Source: Dehalococcoidia bacterium (GTDB lineage Bacteria; Chloroflexota; Dehalococcoidia; Lucifugimonadales; Australimonadaceae). From it: a stretch of 64,000 bases of DNA. The position numbers were made by a program, and so were the translations under genes. This document shows, one piece after another, positions 37,264 through 46,798 of this stretch. Positions within the stretch are counted from its first letter, which is position 1. Each line of letters begins with the position of its first letter. The stretch is taken from the NCBI GenBank assembly GCA_965247635.1, contig CBDFHJ010000008.1, forward strand, positions 135,653 through 199,652, given 5' to 3'. A model generated the notes under the pieces. The model ran no database searches. It saw only the letters and a list, made by a program, of their open reading frames with translations, and was not told the DNA's origin.

Positions 37264-38649
37264 TTACTGGGCCCGGAGCGCTTCCGCCGCGGCCATCCCG
37301 CTGCGCACCGCGCCCTCCATGGTCGCTGGCCAGCCCGTATCTGTCCAGTCGCCTGCCAGGAAGAGGTTGGCCAAGGGCGTCTTGGCCGGCAGCCGGTTCA
37401 CCGCGCTCCCCGGCAGCGACTGGAACGTGGCCTGCTGCTCCTTGACCACCACGAACCGCTCCACGGTGGCCGACCTGGCGTTGGGGAGCACCCGCGCCAG
37501 CTCCGGCACGAACAGCTCCTCCAGCGCCTGCTTGCTTATGGGCCAGAACTCCCACGCCCCACTGAGGGAGACGGTCAAGTACTGGCCTGGTCCAGCGTCG
37601 CCGGTGATCCACGACCGGTTGAACACCCACTGGACCGGGCTTTCCACGAAGGCCGCGAAGTGGAAGTCAGCCACCGGTCGGTCGTACCACACGTGCAGGT
37701 TGACGATGGGAGACCACGTGTGGCTGGACGCCGGGGCCAGCTCCGGTGCGTTGCGAAGCACCTCTGGTAGCGCGGCCAGCAGGGCGGACGGCGGCAGCGC
37801 GCTGACGTACCAATCGGCGTGAAGCACGTCGCCGCCACTGAGCCGAACGCCGGTGAGCCGCGGCCCCGCACCCGGCGTATCGTCGGTCAGCAGCTGCTCC
37901 ACCGTGCGGTCCAGCAGCAGCGTAGCGCCCCGGGCCTTGAGCCGTTCTTCCACGGCGGTCCCCATGATTTCGGAGAGCCCGGCGCGCGCGTATCCCACGT
38001 CGGCGCCGTGGCGATTGCGCAGCAGCGACTCCTGGAACACCATGAACCCCATGCTGGCGCTGACGTGCCGGGAGCTATCGTTGAGCGCCGGAACGATGAA
38101 GAGGTCCCAGAAGTTGTCGATGGCGCGCTGCGACTGTCCGTGGCGCCGCAGCCAGTCGTAGAAGCTCAAGCGTTCCAGATCCGGCCGTTCACGGTGCCGC
38201 TCCATCGCCATGCGCCCGAGGGCGGGGACGGCTCGCACCTTATCGCGCCAGCCGATGTGCGGATAGCGGAGGAAGGAGACGAGGAGGTGTAGGGGAGGGG
38301 GCAGTGGCAGCGCCGAAAGCATGCCCCGGCGGCCGTCGGGGCTGCGTACCTCGATGCGCAACGACCGTTGCCGCTGAGTGAGGTGCAGCGTGCCGATCTC
38401 GCCAAGAAAGCTCGTGTAGGCGGTGCAGCAGCCCAGAAAAACGTGTTGACCGTTGTCTACCTGCTGCCCCGTCGACCTCTCCTCGAAGGAGTAGGCGCGC
38501 CCGCCCAAGTACGGCCTGCGCTCCACGAGCGTGACCGGATGGCCCAAGGTGGTCAACCGCCAGGCAGCGGCCATGCCCGCCAGCCCGCCGCCCAAGACCG
38601 CGACGCTGCTTAGCTCTTGCTGCTGATGGGGAGGACGCTGGTAGCCCAC
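37264..38649 (-). CDS. hpnE: hydroxysqualene dehydroxylase HpnE (FAD-dependent, phytoene-desaturase family)
   Basis: ..VAVLGGGLAGMAAAWRL...GH.VTL.E.RP.LGGRA.SF.....G..VDNGQHV.LGCCT.Y..FL..IG.., C-terminal ..LAGDWT.TGWPATMEGAVRSG..AA... The start is uncertain: GTG 38649 (40-nt overlap with hpnD) seems more plausible than ATG 38775 (166-nt overlap). Confidence 0.75.
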   Translation of the reverse strand: MGYQRPPHQQQELSSVAVLGGGLAGMAAAWRLTTLGHPVTLVERRPYLGGRAYSFEERSTGQQVDNGQHVFLGCCTAYTSFLGEIGTLHLTQRQRSLRIEVRSPDGRRGMLSALPLPPPLHLLVSFLRYPHIGWRDKVRAVPALGRMAMERHRERPDLERLSFYDWLRRHGQSQRAIDNFWDLFIVPALNDSSRHVSASMGFMVFQESLLRNRHGADVGYARAGLSEIMGTAVEERLKARGATLLLDRTVEQLLTDDTPGAGPRLTGVRLSGGDVLHADWYVSALPPSALLAALPEVLRNAPELAPASSHTWSPIVNLHVWYDRPVADFHFAAFVESPVQWVFNRSWITGDAGPGQYLTVSLSGAWEFWPISKQALEELFVPELARVLPNARSATVERFVVVKEQQATFQSLPGSAVNRLPAKTPLANLFLAGDWTDTGWPATMEGAVRSGMAAAEALRAQ

Positions 38650-39488
38650 AACTTTGCGGTTAGTAGTAGTTTCTCGTGGTTGGGCAGCCGGATGCGGCCC
38701 CGGAAGACGTCGAACCCGTTGGCCTCGATACGGTCCAGCAGCCGGCTGTACAGCCCCTGTAGGACCGTCACGCACGCCCGCGACCGGACCGGCACCAACG
38801 CCGCGAGCTTCGCTCCCTGGGCGTAGTACGCGCGGGCCCGCTCCGCCTGGAATCGCATGAGCGCGACGAACTGCGCGTTGATGATACCACGCAGCAGCTC
38901 CTCCTCTGAGTAGCCGAAACGCGCCATCTCGTCCTGCGGAAGGTACACCCGGCCTCGCTCGGCGTCCTCCCGTATGTCGCGGAGGATGTTGGTGAGCTGC
39001 ATGCCCAGGCCCAGGTCCACGGCGTACTCCCTGGCCACCGGGTCCTTGTACCCGAAGATCTCCCCGCAGATGAGGCCCACCGTGGACGCCACCCCATAGC
39101 AGTACTCCCTGAGCTCTTCAAAGGTCTCGTACCGGCTCTTGGTGGTGTCTATCTCCACGCCGGAGACCAAGCTGTCGAAGAATGCCTGAGGAATGCCGTA
39201 GGTATGAGCCGCGTGCGCCAGGGCGATAAACACCGGCCCCTGGGGAGCGCCGGCGTAGGCGTCGGCCAAGGAGTCGCGCGCGCTGGCAAGCTGCTCGATC
39301 TTCTCCTGGACCGGGGCCGCGCCGTCCGCGATGTCGTCGCAAAGGCGGGCAAAGGCGTAGGCGGCGTAGATGGCCCGCCGTTTGGTGCCTGGGAGCGTGA
39401 TGAAGGCGAAGTAGAAGTTACGGGCTTCCTTGCGGGTGACCCGCTGGCAGTGTCGGTAAGCCTCTTGGAGCTCGACGGCCATGGCCAT
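38610..39488 (-). CDS. hpnD: presqualene diphosphate synthase HpnD (squalene/phytoene synthase family)
   Basis: ..AYRHCQRVTRKEARNFYFAF..LP..KR.AIYA.YAFARLCDDIADG.., and second Asp-rich region NILRDIREDAERGRVYLP. I prefer ATG 39488 (MAMAVELQEAY), 11 nt after the hpnC stop, to ATG 39551. Confidence 0.8.
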   Translation of the reverse strand: MAMAVELQEAYRHCQRVTRKEARNFYFAFITLPGTKRRAIYAAYAFARLCDDIADGAAPVQEKIEQLASARDSLADAYAGAPQGPVFIALAHAAHTYGIPQAFFDSLVSGVEIDTTKSRYETFEELREYCYGVASTVGLICGEIFGYKDPVAREYAVDLGLGMQLTNILRDIREDAERGRVYLPQDEMARFGYSEEELLRGIINAQFVALMRFQAERARAYYAQGAKLAALVPVRSRACVTVLQGLYSRLLDRIEANGFDVFRGRIRLPNHEKLLLTAKLWATSVLPISSKS

Positions 39489-39499
39489 TGCCAATAACC

Positions 39500-40390
39500 T
39501 CAGGGCCGGCCCAGCAGCCCGGCCTTGGCGGCGGTGGAGAGCATGAGCCACAACTTGCGGACCGTGGAGACCGTGGGCCGGTGGGTGAGCACGTCGTACT
39601 CCTGACGACGGATGGCCCGCAGCACGGCCATGCCGCCCTTGCTGAAGAGCGCCACGTCGATCCGTGCCTTCCCGCGCAGCATCCGCGCCAGGGGCAGGCC
39701 CTGCCGGAACAGCGCTTCGGCCCGGTCCACCTCAAAGCGCATCAACTCCCGGAACCGGTCGTCGACGACGCCTTGGGCCAGGTCCGCTTCGCCGTACGCG
39801 AAGCGTGTCATATCCTCCAGGGGAACATAGACGCGGCCCATCTCCCAGTCGCGGCGTACGTCCTGCCAGAAGTTGGCTAGCTGGAGGGCGGTGCACGTCG
39901 CGTCGGACAGGCGCTGGCGCTCCTCGTCCCGGTAGCCCAGCACGTACAGCACCATCCGTCCGACCGGGTTTGCGGAGTGGTCGCAGTAGTGGAGCAGGTC
40001 CTGGTAGGCGGGGAACCGTTGCTGGCGCTGGTCCATGCGGTTCGCCTCGATGAGCTTTCGGAACGGTTCGTCGGGGATGTCGAAGTGGTGGATCGTATCC
40101 TGAAGGGCCACCATGATGGGGTGGGTGGGTGCGTCGCCGTAGCAGCGAGTGAGCTCCTCTTCCCAGGCGTCCAAGAGCGAAAGGCGGTCTCCCGACGCTT
40201 CGTCTCCTAAGTCGTCGGTGTGCCGGCAGAAGGCGTAGACGGCGTACAGGTAGGGCCGCAGCCGTCGGGGTAGAAACCAAGAACCCACTGTGAAGTTTTC
40301 ATAGTGGGTCTTTGCGAGGCTTGTACAGTAGCGGTACGCGGAGGTGAGGTCAGGCGCAGGCGCTGCGTCAGCGCGAGGAACGGAGGACAC
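39500..40390 (-). CDS. hpnC: hydroxysqualene synthase HpnC (squalene/phytoene synthase family)
   Basis: ..AYRYCTSLAKTHYENFTVGSWFLPRRLRPYLYAVYAFCRHTDDLGDE.. (HYENF is typical of HpnC), and ..LQLANFWQDVRRDWEMGRVYVP... Confidence 0.8.
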   Translation of the reverse strand: MSSVPRADAAPAPDLTSAYRYCTSLAKTHYENFTVGSWFLPRRLRPYLYAVYAFCRHTDDLGDEASGDRLSLLDAWEEELTRCYGDAPTHPIMVALQDTIHHFDIPDEPFRKLIEANRMDQRQQRFPAYQDLLHYCDHSANPVGRMVLYVLGYRDEERQRLSDATCTALQLANFWQDVRRDWEMGRVYVPLEDMTRFAYGEADLAQGVVDDRFRELMRFEVDRAEALFRQGLPLARMLRGKARIDVALFSKGGMAVLRAIRRQEYDVLTHRPTVSTVRKLWLMLSTAAKAGLLGRP

Positions 40391-40399
40391 AGCCCCGAC

Positions 40400-40849
40400 T
40401 CACGTGCCCACGACCTGGACGACCACTTCCCGCTGGCGAGGCCGGTCGAGCTCGATGAGGAAGAGCGATTGCCACGTGCCGAGCTGGAGCTCGCCGTTGA
40501 TAAGGGGGATGGTCTCGCTGGAGCTCATGAGGAGGTGCTGGCAGTGGGCGTGGCCGTTGGGGCACTCGTCTTCGGTCATGTTCACGGTGCGGATGCTGAA
40601 ATCGTTGTGGCCGTAGTAGGCGTTTACGGGAGCGAGACGGGACAGGAACTGCTCCATGTCCCGGATGAGCAGCGGTTCGTTTTCATTGACTTTGATGGCG
40701 GCCGTGGTGTGCTTCGAGTAGATACATACCAGTCCGTCCCTAGCTCCCGAATCCCGAACATGCTCCATCACGCGTTCCGTGATGTCGATGAACTGGGGTG
40801 CGCGTTCGGTCTCCAACACGATACTAGACGTCAAAGCACGAGTAGCCAT
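40400..40849 (-). CDS. yjbQ: YjbQ/UPF0047 family protein (secondary thiamine-phosphate synthase-like)
   Basis: ..FIDIT..V......SG...GL..IYS.HTTAAI.VNENEP.L..D....L.RL.P......H......N..AH....L...S...P...G.L.LGTWQ...L.ELD.PR.R.V... It lies 9 nt upstream of hpnC. Confidence 0.8.
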   Translation of the reverse strand: MATRALTSSIVLETERAPQFIDITERVMEHVRDSGARDGLVCIYSKHTTAAIKVNENEPLLIRDMEQFLSRLAPVNAYYGHNDFSIRTVNMTEDECPNGHAHCQHLLMSSSETIPLINGELQLGTWQSLFLIELDRPRQREVVVQVVGT

Positions 40850-41100
40850 TGTGGTCTATCCTCTCTCGGGGCCAAGCGCTCCACGAGTGCCTAGCGCCAG
40901 TCTCTGACGCGAGGCACCCTAGCATAACTAGGCACTGATATCAACACCCTAGGCCGGCTTTTTTGCCGCCTCTTCGGCGTAGCGACGCCGACAGTACGTA
41001 TCAACCGCTGCGCTTCGCCCGGCCACGGCATTATACCGCCTCCGCGGCCCCTTGAGCATACCTCTCTCCACACGTTGCTGACGGCATCGTTCGTGCCGCT

Positions 41101-43227
41101 CTAACGCCGGCGTCCGCGCCGTGGTCCGCTGCGCTCTGGGCCGCTTGGTGCAGGGCTAGCACCGAGCAGCCGGTGGTAGCGGCCGAGAGCCCACAACGGG
41201 AAGTAGTCCCGATAAAGGTGGTAGTTAATCATGAAAGCGGCGCCTAGCTCGATCCCCTGCCAGGTGGAGTCGCCTGGCGCACGGTACGCCTTCGGCTGAT
41301 CGCCAACTCCGTAGCCAGGGAAGCCAGCACCGGTAAACTGGGGTTCGTCCCAGGTGCCGTCCTCCTGCTGGGTGGATACCAGATAGGCAATACCGGCGCG
41401 GGTGGCAGCGTGGTCTACTTCGCCCGCCGCCAGCAGACCAATAAGCGCCCACGCCGTCTGCGAGGCGGTGCTCTCGCCCTGGCCTCGAAGCGACGGGTCC
41501 ACGTATGAGGCACACGTCTCGCCCCAGCCGCCATCGCCGTTCTGGTGGGCTACGGTCCACTCCACGGCGCGGCGGACATACGCCTGGGACATGTCTTCAC
41601 CGATGGCCTGGAGCGCGGGAAGCACCGCGCCGGTACCGTAGATGTAGTTGACTCCCCAGCGCCCGAACCAAGGGCCGTCGGGCTCCTGCCGCTGCTTGAT
41701 GAACCCTAAGGCCCGGCGCATGGGCATGAAGCTGGCGTCGTACCCCAGGCGGCCGAACATCTCCACCACGTGGGCCGTCACGTCCACGCTGGGCGGGTCC
41801 AGCACCTCACCAAAGTCGAAGAAGGGCAGCTTGGCGAGCAGGCTGGTCGTGTTGTCTTTATCGAACGACGCCCAGCCGCCGTCCGATGACTGCATGGCCA
41901 CCAACCAGGTGATCGCCCGCTTCGCCGTCGCCTGCCGGGCTTCCTCCTCTTCCGCCGTGCTCAGGCGGGCCAGCTCCAGGCCCATGACGATTATTGGCGT
42001 ATCGTCCACGTCCGGATAGGTGTCGTTCTCAAACTCGAAGGCCCAGCCGCTGGGCTCAACGTTGGGGGCTTTGACGGCCCAATCGCCCTTCACGCGGATC
42101 TCCTCCTTCAGGAGCCACCGCACGGCCCGCTGCACCGCCGGATGGTCGGAGGGCAGGCCTGAGTCCAGTAGCCCAAGCAGCGCGAGGCACGTGTCCCACA
42201 CGGGCGACAGGCAGGCCTGGACCCGCATTGACTGGCCGTCGTCGCTCAGCTTGCTCCATTCGTCGCGGAACCCTTGCAGCGCCTTGGCCATGACCGGATG
42301 GTCGTTGCCGTAGCCCAACTGGTGCAGCGCGAGCATGGAGTAGACCCACGGCGGCTGGATGCCGCCCCAAGAGCCGTCGGCCTCCTGGTGGTCCAGGATC
42401 CACCGCTCCAACCTGCGCAGCGCCAGCCTTCGCAGCGGCTTCCGTGGCGTCCGCTCGTACGCGCGCAGGAGCTTGTCGGCGACCAGGAAGAGCTGCTCCC
42501 AGCTGAGCAGGCTATGGCTTCGTCGAGGAACGCTGTAGTCGGTCTGCTCGCGTGGCTCCGGGTACAGCTCGTCGACGTGCTGCGCTGGAAGTAGCTCCTT
42601 CGTCGGGTGCTGCGTGAGGATGACCAGCATGGGGGCCACCGTGGCGCGGGCCCAGGCGGAGAACCGGTAGATGTTGAAGGGCATCCACGTAGGGAGCAGG
42701 ATGAGCTCCGGAGGCATCACCGGCGTACCCTCCCACTTCCACTGGCCAAAGAGCGCGAGCCATATCTTCGTAAAGACCCTGGCCTTGGGCACCCCGCCTT
42801 TGCTCAGGATGAATTCCCGCGCCCGGGCCATGAATGGCTCCGAGGCGGGCACACCGACCAGCTTCAGGGCAAAGTAGCACTCCACCGAGGTGCTCAGGTC
42901 ACCGGGCGCGCCGTAGTACATGCCCCAGGAGCCGTCCTCCCGCTGCCGGCGCTTGATGTCGGTGGCGATGAGCCCCCAACGCTCACCTTCGTCGGAATCC
43001 AAAAAGTGGGTGAGCATCAAATACTCGGCTTCCATGGTGGGGTTCGATTCCAGCTCGCCCCACCAGTACCCCTCGGCGTGCTGCGTGGCGAGGAAGTACT
43101 CCTGGACACGACCAAGCGCCTCGGCTGCCTGGTGTCGAAGCTGCGTGGCGGTAGGCGCTTTTCTTGCTCCCGTTGTGTCCAATGGCCGCTCCTCAGGTAA
43201 GCCGCCGAGACGCGGTCCTATTGCCAC
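41101..43227 (-). CDS. shc: squalene-hopene cyclase
   Basis: Catalytic DxDD motif (YPDVDDTPIIVMGL). Multiple QW repeats (e.g. QREDGSWG, QSSDGGWASF, RQEPDGPWFGRWG, HQNGDGGWGE, TQQEDGTWDE). 708 aa with an Arg-rich C-terminal tail. Confidence 0.9.
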   Translation of the reverse strand: MAIGPRLGGLPEERPLDTTGARKAPTATQLRHQAAEALGRVQEYFLATQHAEGYWWGELESNPTMEAEYLMLTHFLDSDEGERWGLIATDIKRRQREDGSWGMYYGAPGDLSTSVECYFALKLVGVPASEPFMARAREFILSKGGVPKARVFTKIWLALFGQWKWEGTPVMPPELILLPTWMPFNIYRFSAWARATVAPMLVILTQHPTKELLPAQHVDELYPEPREQTDYSVPRRSHSLLSWEQLFLVADKLLRAYERTPRKPLRRLALRRLERWILDHQEADGSWGGIQPPWVYSMLALHQLGYGNDHPVMAKALQGFRDEWSKLSDDGQSMRVQACLSPVWDTCLALLGLLDSGLPSDHPAVQRAVRWLLKEEIRVKGDWAVKAPNVEPSGWAFEFENDTYPDVDDTPIIVMGLELARLSTAEEEEARQATAKRAITWLVAMQSSDGGWASFDKDNTTSLLAKLPFFDFGEVLDPPSVDVTAHVVEMFGRLGYDASFMPMRRALGFIKQRQEPDGPWFGRWGVNYIYGTGAVLPALQAIGEDMSQAYVRRAVEWTVAHQNGDGGWGETCASYVDPSLRGQGESTASQTAWALIGLLAAGEVDHAATRAGIAYLVSTQQEDGTWDEPQFTGAGFPGYGVGDQPKAYRAPGDSTWQGIELGAAFMINYHLYRDYFPLWALGRYHRLLGASPAPSGPERSGPRRGRRR

Positions 43228-43637
43228 GCGCCAAGCACGGTGCCCATGACCGCGTACGCGATGATGGGGTAGCCGGCGTCGATGAAGAACAGCTTCAACG
43301 ACTTAAAGGCGAAGCTGTAGTTGAGGGCCAGGAAGCTGACCACGAACCCCACCCCGACGATGAGCCCGAGTACGACACCGTCCGCCGCGTCGGTGGCGCC
43401 GGCAAGCTGGACGATGACCGCCAACGATCCCGCCGCGATAAGCCAGACCACGGCCCCGGTGAGGTAGCTAACGTACATTCGCGCTTTCTGGGCCGCCACG
43501 GACTCCCGCGTTAGCCCGACCTCCTTCATCCACGGATTGGCCAGGATGCCGTACCAGGCCGCTCCCATCACGAAGCTGATCACCAACGCCACCAGCACCG
43601 CCAGGTAGTTAATGTCGCCGAACTCAATGTCCATCAT
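43218..43637 (-). CDS. DUF1761-family membrane protein
   Basis: ..INYLAVLVALVISFVMGAAWYGILANPWMKEVGLTRE.. plus three further TM segments, as in DUF1761. Its 3' end overlaps the shc start by 10 nt. Confidence 0.65.
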   Translation of the reverse strand: MMDIEFGDINYLAVLVALVISFVMGAAWYGILANPWMKEVGLTRESVAAQKARMYVSYLTGAVVWLIAAGSLAVIVQLAGATDAADGVVLGLIVGVGFVVSFLALNYSFAFKSLKLFFIDAGYPIIAYAVMGTVLGAWQ

Positions 43638-43717
43638 TGCACCTCAATAAAGATAGTGTTCCTTTGCCCATTCCCCTCAGTCGCGCTAGTCACGCTGGAG
43701 CTCGTCGGAAGCAGTGC

Positions 43718-44788
43718 CTATGCGCCCACCGCCTTGGCGGCGCGGCCTTGCGCGGTAAACCACGCCACCGCCTCGCGGAGCGCCTCCTCCACCGGTCGCT
43801 GCGGAAGTCCCAGCTCGCGCACCGCCTTGGAGCAGTCCACCCACATGCGCTTGCGAGCCATCCGGGTGCCCTCCAGCGGAATACGAGGCTGACGCCGCAG
43901 GATAGTGCCCTCCACGAGCCAGTCCAGGTTGGCGGCGGCCATGGCCAACGCCCAAGGGATTCGGCGCCTGGGAGCGGGGATTCCAGTAATGCGCTCCAGC
44001 ACCTCAAACAGCTCCTTTAGAGAGAGGTTACCCTCCAGGTTCCCAAGCAGGTATCGTTCCCCCACGCGGCCTCGCTCGAGCGCCAAAGCGTGGCCTTCCG
44101 CCACGTCGGTCACGCTGACAAAATTGAGGCCCGTATCGACATACGCGGGGAAGCCACGCCGAAGAAAGTCCACGATAACCTGTCCGGTGGGGGTGGGCTT
44201 GTTGTCGCCGGGACCTACCGGCGCTGTGGGATTCACGATGACCACCGGCGCGCCCTGATGGACAAGCAGGCGCGCCACGCGCTCCGCCTCGAACTTGCTT
44301 CGCTTGTACGGTCCCGTCAGCTCGTGGGGGAGGGCGTCCTCCGTTTCGTCGCCCAGCGCTCCATCCCGGTCCATCCGTACCGTGCCCACCGTGCTGGTGT
44401 AGACGATGCGTCCCACCCCGGCGTCCGCTGCCGCCTGCAACACGTTTCGGGTGCCGTTCACGTTAACGTCGTGCATGCGCTTCCGCCGTGGTGTCCAGAA
44501 GGTATGCAGGCCCGCGACATGCACCACGCCATCGCAGCCTTGCACCGCGGCCGCGACAGTGGCGGGATCGGTCACGTCCCCGTAGGCCACTTCCAAGTCG
44601 GACTGGGGGCCGCTCGCCGCCTGTCCCGACTTGTCGGTGACGCCCCCAGACCCCATGGCGGATTGCCGATCCTCCAACGCCCAGCCCGGCCGGAGGAAGG
44701 CGCGTACTTGGTAGCCACGGCTGAGCAGCGCTTGGACCACGTGCCCGCCGATGAACCCCGTAGCCCCTGTGACCAAGACCAGGCTCAT
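43718..44788 (-). CDS. hpnA: hopanoid-associated sugar epimerase HpnA (SDR family)
   Basis: ATG 44788 gives MSLVLVTGATGFIGGHVVQALLSRGYQVRAF.. (Rossmann motif) and later ..YKRSKFEAE.. (YxxxK). ATGA overlap with the hpnG stop (44785-44788). The 445-aa ORF-track version has an Arg/Gly-rich artefactual N-terminus. Confidence 0.75.
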   Translation of the reverse strand: MSLVLVTGATGFIGGHVVQALLSRGYQVRAFLRPGWALEDRQSAMGSGGVTDKSGQAASGPQSDLEVAYGDVTDPATVAAAVQGCDGVVHVAGLHTFWTPRRKRMHDVNVNGTRNVLQAAADAGVGRIVYTSTVGTVRMDRDGALGDETEDALPHELTGPYKRSKFEAERVARLLVHQGAPVVIVNPTAPVGPGDNKPTPTGQVIVDFLRRGFPAYVDTGLNFVSVTDVAEGHALALERGRVGERYLLGNLEGNLSLKELFEVLERITGIPAPRRRIPWALAMAAANLDWLVEGTILRRQPRIPLEGTRMARKRMWVDCSKAVRELGLPQRPVEEALREAVAWFTAQGRAAKAVGA

Positions 44789-45543
44789 GCAGGCGACCCT
44801 AGCGTCGGGACCAGCACCCGGACCGCACGCCGTAGGGCGAATCGGGCCCGCCGGGCGCGATATGCCAGTGCCACCAGCCAAGGCAGGCCCCAGGGGTGGG
44901 CCAGAAGCCAGCGCACGGCGTGACGCCACTCCTGGCTGCTCTGGCCGGCCACGATGGCTGCGACAAAGGCCGGCAGCTCCTGGTCCACGGCGTCGAGCAC
45001 CACACGCAGACCCACAAAGCGTACCTGGTGCTCGGCGGCGGCCTTCGCCAGCCAATAGCCCTCCATATCCACCAGCGCCGCTCCTGTCTCCGAGCCGGCC
45101 CTGCGCTTGTCGTCGCTGGTCAGCAGCGGGGTAGGGACGGTCAGCAGCGGACCGCTCGAGACGGACTGGCCAGCCTGGGAAAGCTGGTCCATGACGGCCC
45201 GGAGCGTGGCGGCATCCGCGTCAATGGAAGGGAGGGGGCCAGCTCGACCAGCCGGGTCCGCACGGAACGAATCGCACGCTACCAAGGCGCCGGAGCGAAG
45301 CTGGGGTGCCAGGCCGCCGGCAAAGCCGATGGACAGCGCCAACGCCGGACGGTGTGCGATTAACAGCTCGGTGAAGGCAGGCGCCGCCGCTTCGCCCAAC
45401 CCCGTTACCGCCGTCTGCACCCCGGCGCGTTGACCCAACGGCAAGCCTCTGAGCTCGCGCCGAGTGGGCGCCACCACCAGGAGGTCCACCGTCTGCTCCG
45501 GGGAAACAGGGCCTCGCGCGGCTTTCTGTGGTGTGCTAGCCAT
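44785..45543 (-). CDS. hpnG: hopanoid-associated phosphorylase/nucleosidase HpnG (PNP_UDP family)
   Basis: From ATG 45543: ..VDLLVVAPTRRELRGL......VQTAVTGLGEAAA......L.., ..GFAGGL.P.LR.G.LV.., ..ALVDMEGYWLAKAAA... Position between hpnH and hpnA supports the call. The start is uncertain. Confidence 0.7.
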   Translation of the reverse strand: MASTPQKAARGPVSPEQTVDLLVVAPTRRELRGLPLGQRAGVQTAVTGLGEAAAPAFTELLIAHRPALALSIGFAGGLAPQLRSGALVACDSFRADPAGRAGPLPSIDADAATLRAVMDQLSQAGQSVSSGPLLTVPTPLLTSDDKRRAGSETGAALVDMEGYWLAKAAAEHQVRFVGLRVVLDAVDQELPAFVAAIVAGQSSQEWRHAVRWLLAHPWGLPWLVALAYRARRARFALRRAVRVLVPTLGSPA

Positions 45544-45559
45544 CGTCGTTGGGGAGGCC

Positions 45560-45925
45560 TCAGCCCTTCTCTGCCTCCCGACGGCGCTTCCACGCGTCAT
45601 AGGACTTGCCCGCCGCCGTATCCCTGCCTGTGAACCGGACACGCCGGATATCGGCGTAGAGGATGTTGAACGGCCCATCGCCCTTCCTGTCAAAGAGCTG
45701 GACGTAGGGGTTGGGCACGGCGCTATCCCGATTGAATAGGTAGCCCACCATCTCCGTCCCATCCACCTTCTCGATGGTGACCTCACCTCGATAGTCGAAA
45801 GCCAAGTCCACCACACGCTCCAGGGAGGCGTCTACACCTACCTCAGGCTCCCACCCCTGCAGGCTCTCCTCTTCGGGAGCGGCGGGTCCCTTCCAGCTTT
45901 GCTCTTTGTCCTCTTGTCCTGGCAT
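45560..45925 (-). CDS. hypothetical protein (121 aa) immediately upstream of hpnG
   Basis: Acidic N-terminus, then a beta-rich core ..VVDLAFDYRGEVTIEKVDGTEMVGYLFNRDSAVPNPYVQLFDRKGDGPFNILYADIRRVRF.. and a basic tail. The stop lies 16 nt before the hpnG ATG. No family recognised. Confidence 0.4.
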   Translation of the reverse strand: MPGQEDKEQSWKGPAAPEEESLQGWEPEVGVDASLERVVDLAFDYRGEVTIEKVDGTEMVGYLFNRDSAVPNPYVQLFDRKGDGPFNILYADIRRVRFTGRDTAAGKSYDAWKRRREAEKG

Positions 45926-46038
45926 CTATTACCGGGCCGCCCAGTACTCCGCCTCCGGAGGTGCATGGGCAGTTATGTCTTTTACACACCTTAGCACGCG
46001 CCAAACTCTTATAGACACGGGACCGCTCGCTCAGGTAA

Positions 46039-46371
46039 TCATGGCTCGTCGGCATGCTTCAGCAGGATTCGCTTGCTAGAGCTGCCGTTCTCGATCCTTT
46101 TTCTCTCTTTCTCCCGGTAGACGACTTCAAGCGGCAAGCCGTTCTCTTTGGCGATGGCTTCGACTAGCTCAAGCACATCGCCGAGTTCGTTAAGAACTTC
46201 ACCTGGCGTCTTGGCTGCGCCCAGCTCGTTCGCTTCCTCAATCATCTTGGCTTTCAATGCTCGGCGGAATTCCTCTTCCGCAAGAACCATTACTTCTGGC
46301 ACACCCCCATGCTTTTGGATGATATCGGGGATGTTGTCGCGCACTAGCTTATTGTAGTTTTTCCTACCCAT
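46039..46371 (-). CDS. all-alpha NTP pyrophosphohydrolase (MazG/PRA-PH-like house-cleaning family)
   Basis: 110 aa. MGRKNYNKLVRDNIPDII...G......L..EEF...L..K..EE..EL......E.L.ELGDVLE...A... is the typical KLVRD.IP / E..E / ELADV.E pattern. Visibly AT-richer than the flanks. Confidence 0.6.
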   Translation of the reverse strand: MGRKNYNKLVRDNIPDIIQKHGGVPEVMVLAEEEFRRALKAKMIEEANELGAAKTPGEVLNELGDVLELVEAIAKENGLPLEVVYREKERKRIENGSSSKRILLKHADEP

Positions 46372-46453
46372 GGTTACCTCGCAATCATGGTCTCTCGTAC
46401 TAGTAAGCTAGAGGTGTGTTAAGTACATAATTCCCGGTGCATGAGTCGCGAGA

Positions 46454-46628
46454 GTGGTGAGGCAGTCCCGACAGGTCGGGACATAATCCGCTCATCCTTA
46501 GACAAGCTCTCCGACTTCGTCAGGAGTCTCGATGAGCGAAGCATCATCGGACAGGACGAGCGGATTTCCCCCGTTCGTGGTGAGCCCTTCGACCTTGCTC
46601 AGGACAGGCCTGTCGAACCATGAACGGT
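46454..46628 (-). repeat. modular palindromic intergenic repeat (MITE/REP-like), copy 2 (longer variant)
   Basis: The reverse complement begins CCGTTCATGGTTCGACA.. and ends ..GAGCGGATTATGTCCCGACCTGTCGGGACTGCCTCACCAC, matching both ends of 7232-7339. Extra internal modules are present. The core hairpin is at 46465-46482. Confidence 0.7.
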
Positions 46629-46680
46629 CCGAAGGACTCTCCGCAGAAGTCCGGAGTCCTTCGGACCGGACTCCTGCGGA
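46626..46680. repeat. two overlapping, mutually exclusive 14-bp hairpins
   Basis: GGTCCGAAGGACTC (46626-46639) is the perfect complement of GAGTCCTTCGGACC (46654-46667). CCGCAGAAGTCCGG (46641-46654) pairs 13/14 with CCGGACTCCTGCGG (46667-46680). Confidence 0.6.
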
Positions 46681-46798
46681 GGGCTCTGAAACGCTCCTCA
46701 CATTTATTGAATGGATTAGTAACTCAGGATACAAGAATGTCTTGCGCGGTGGGAAAGGTTGACGGGCGCCAGGCGTGGCATCCAGGCCGGACGGCTGG

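Noticed and set aside
44789-45816. Long N-terminal extensions of hpnA (to 45055), hpnG (to 45816) and hpnE (to 38775) in the ORF track
   Set aside because: The extensions are Arg/Gly/Pro-rich and overlap the preceding genes by 166-270 nt. Internal starts give canonical N-termini (Rossmann GATGFIGG for hpnA, GGGLAG for hpnE) and 4-nt or short overlaps.
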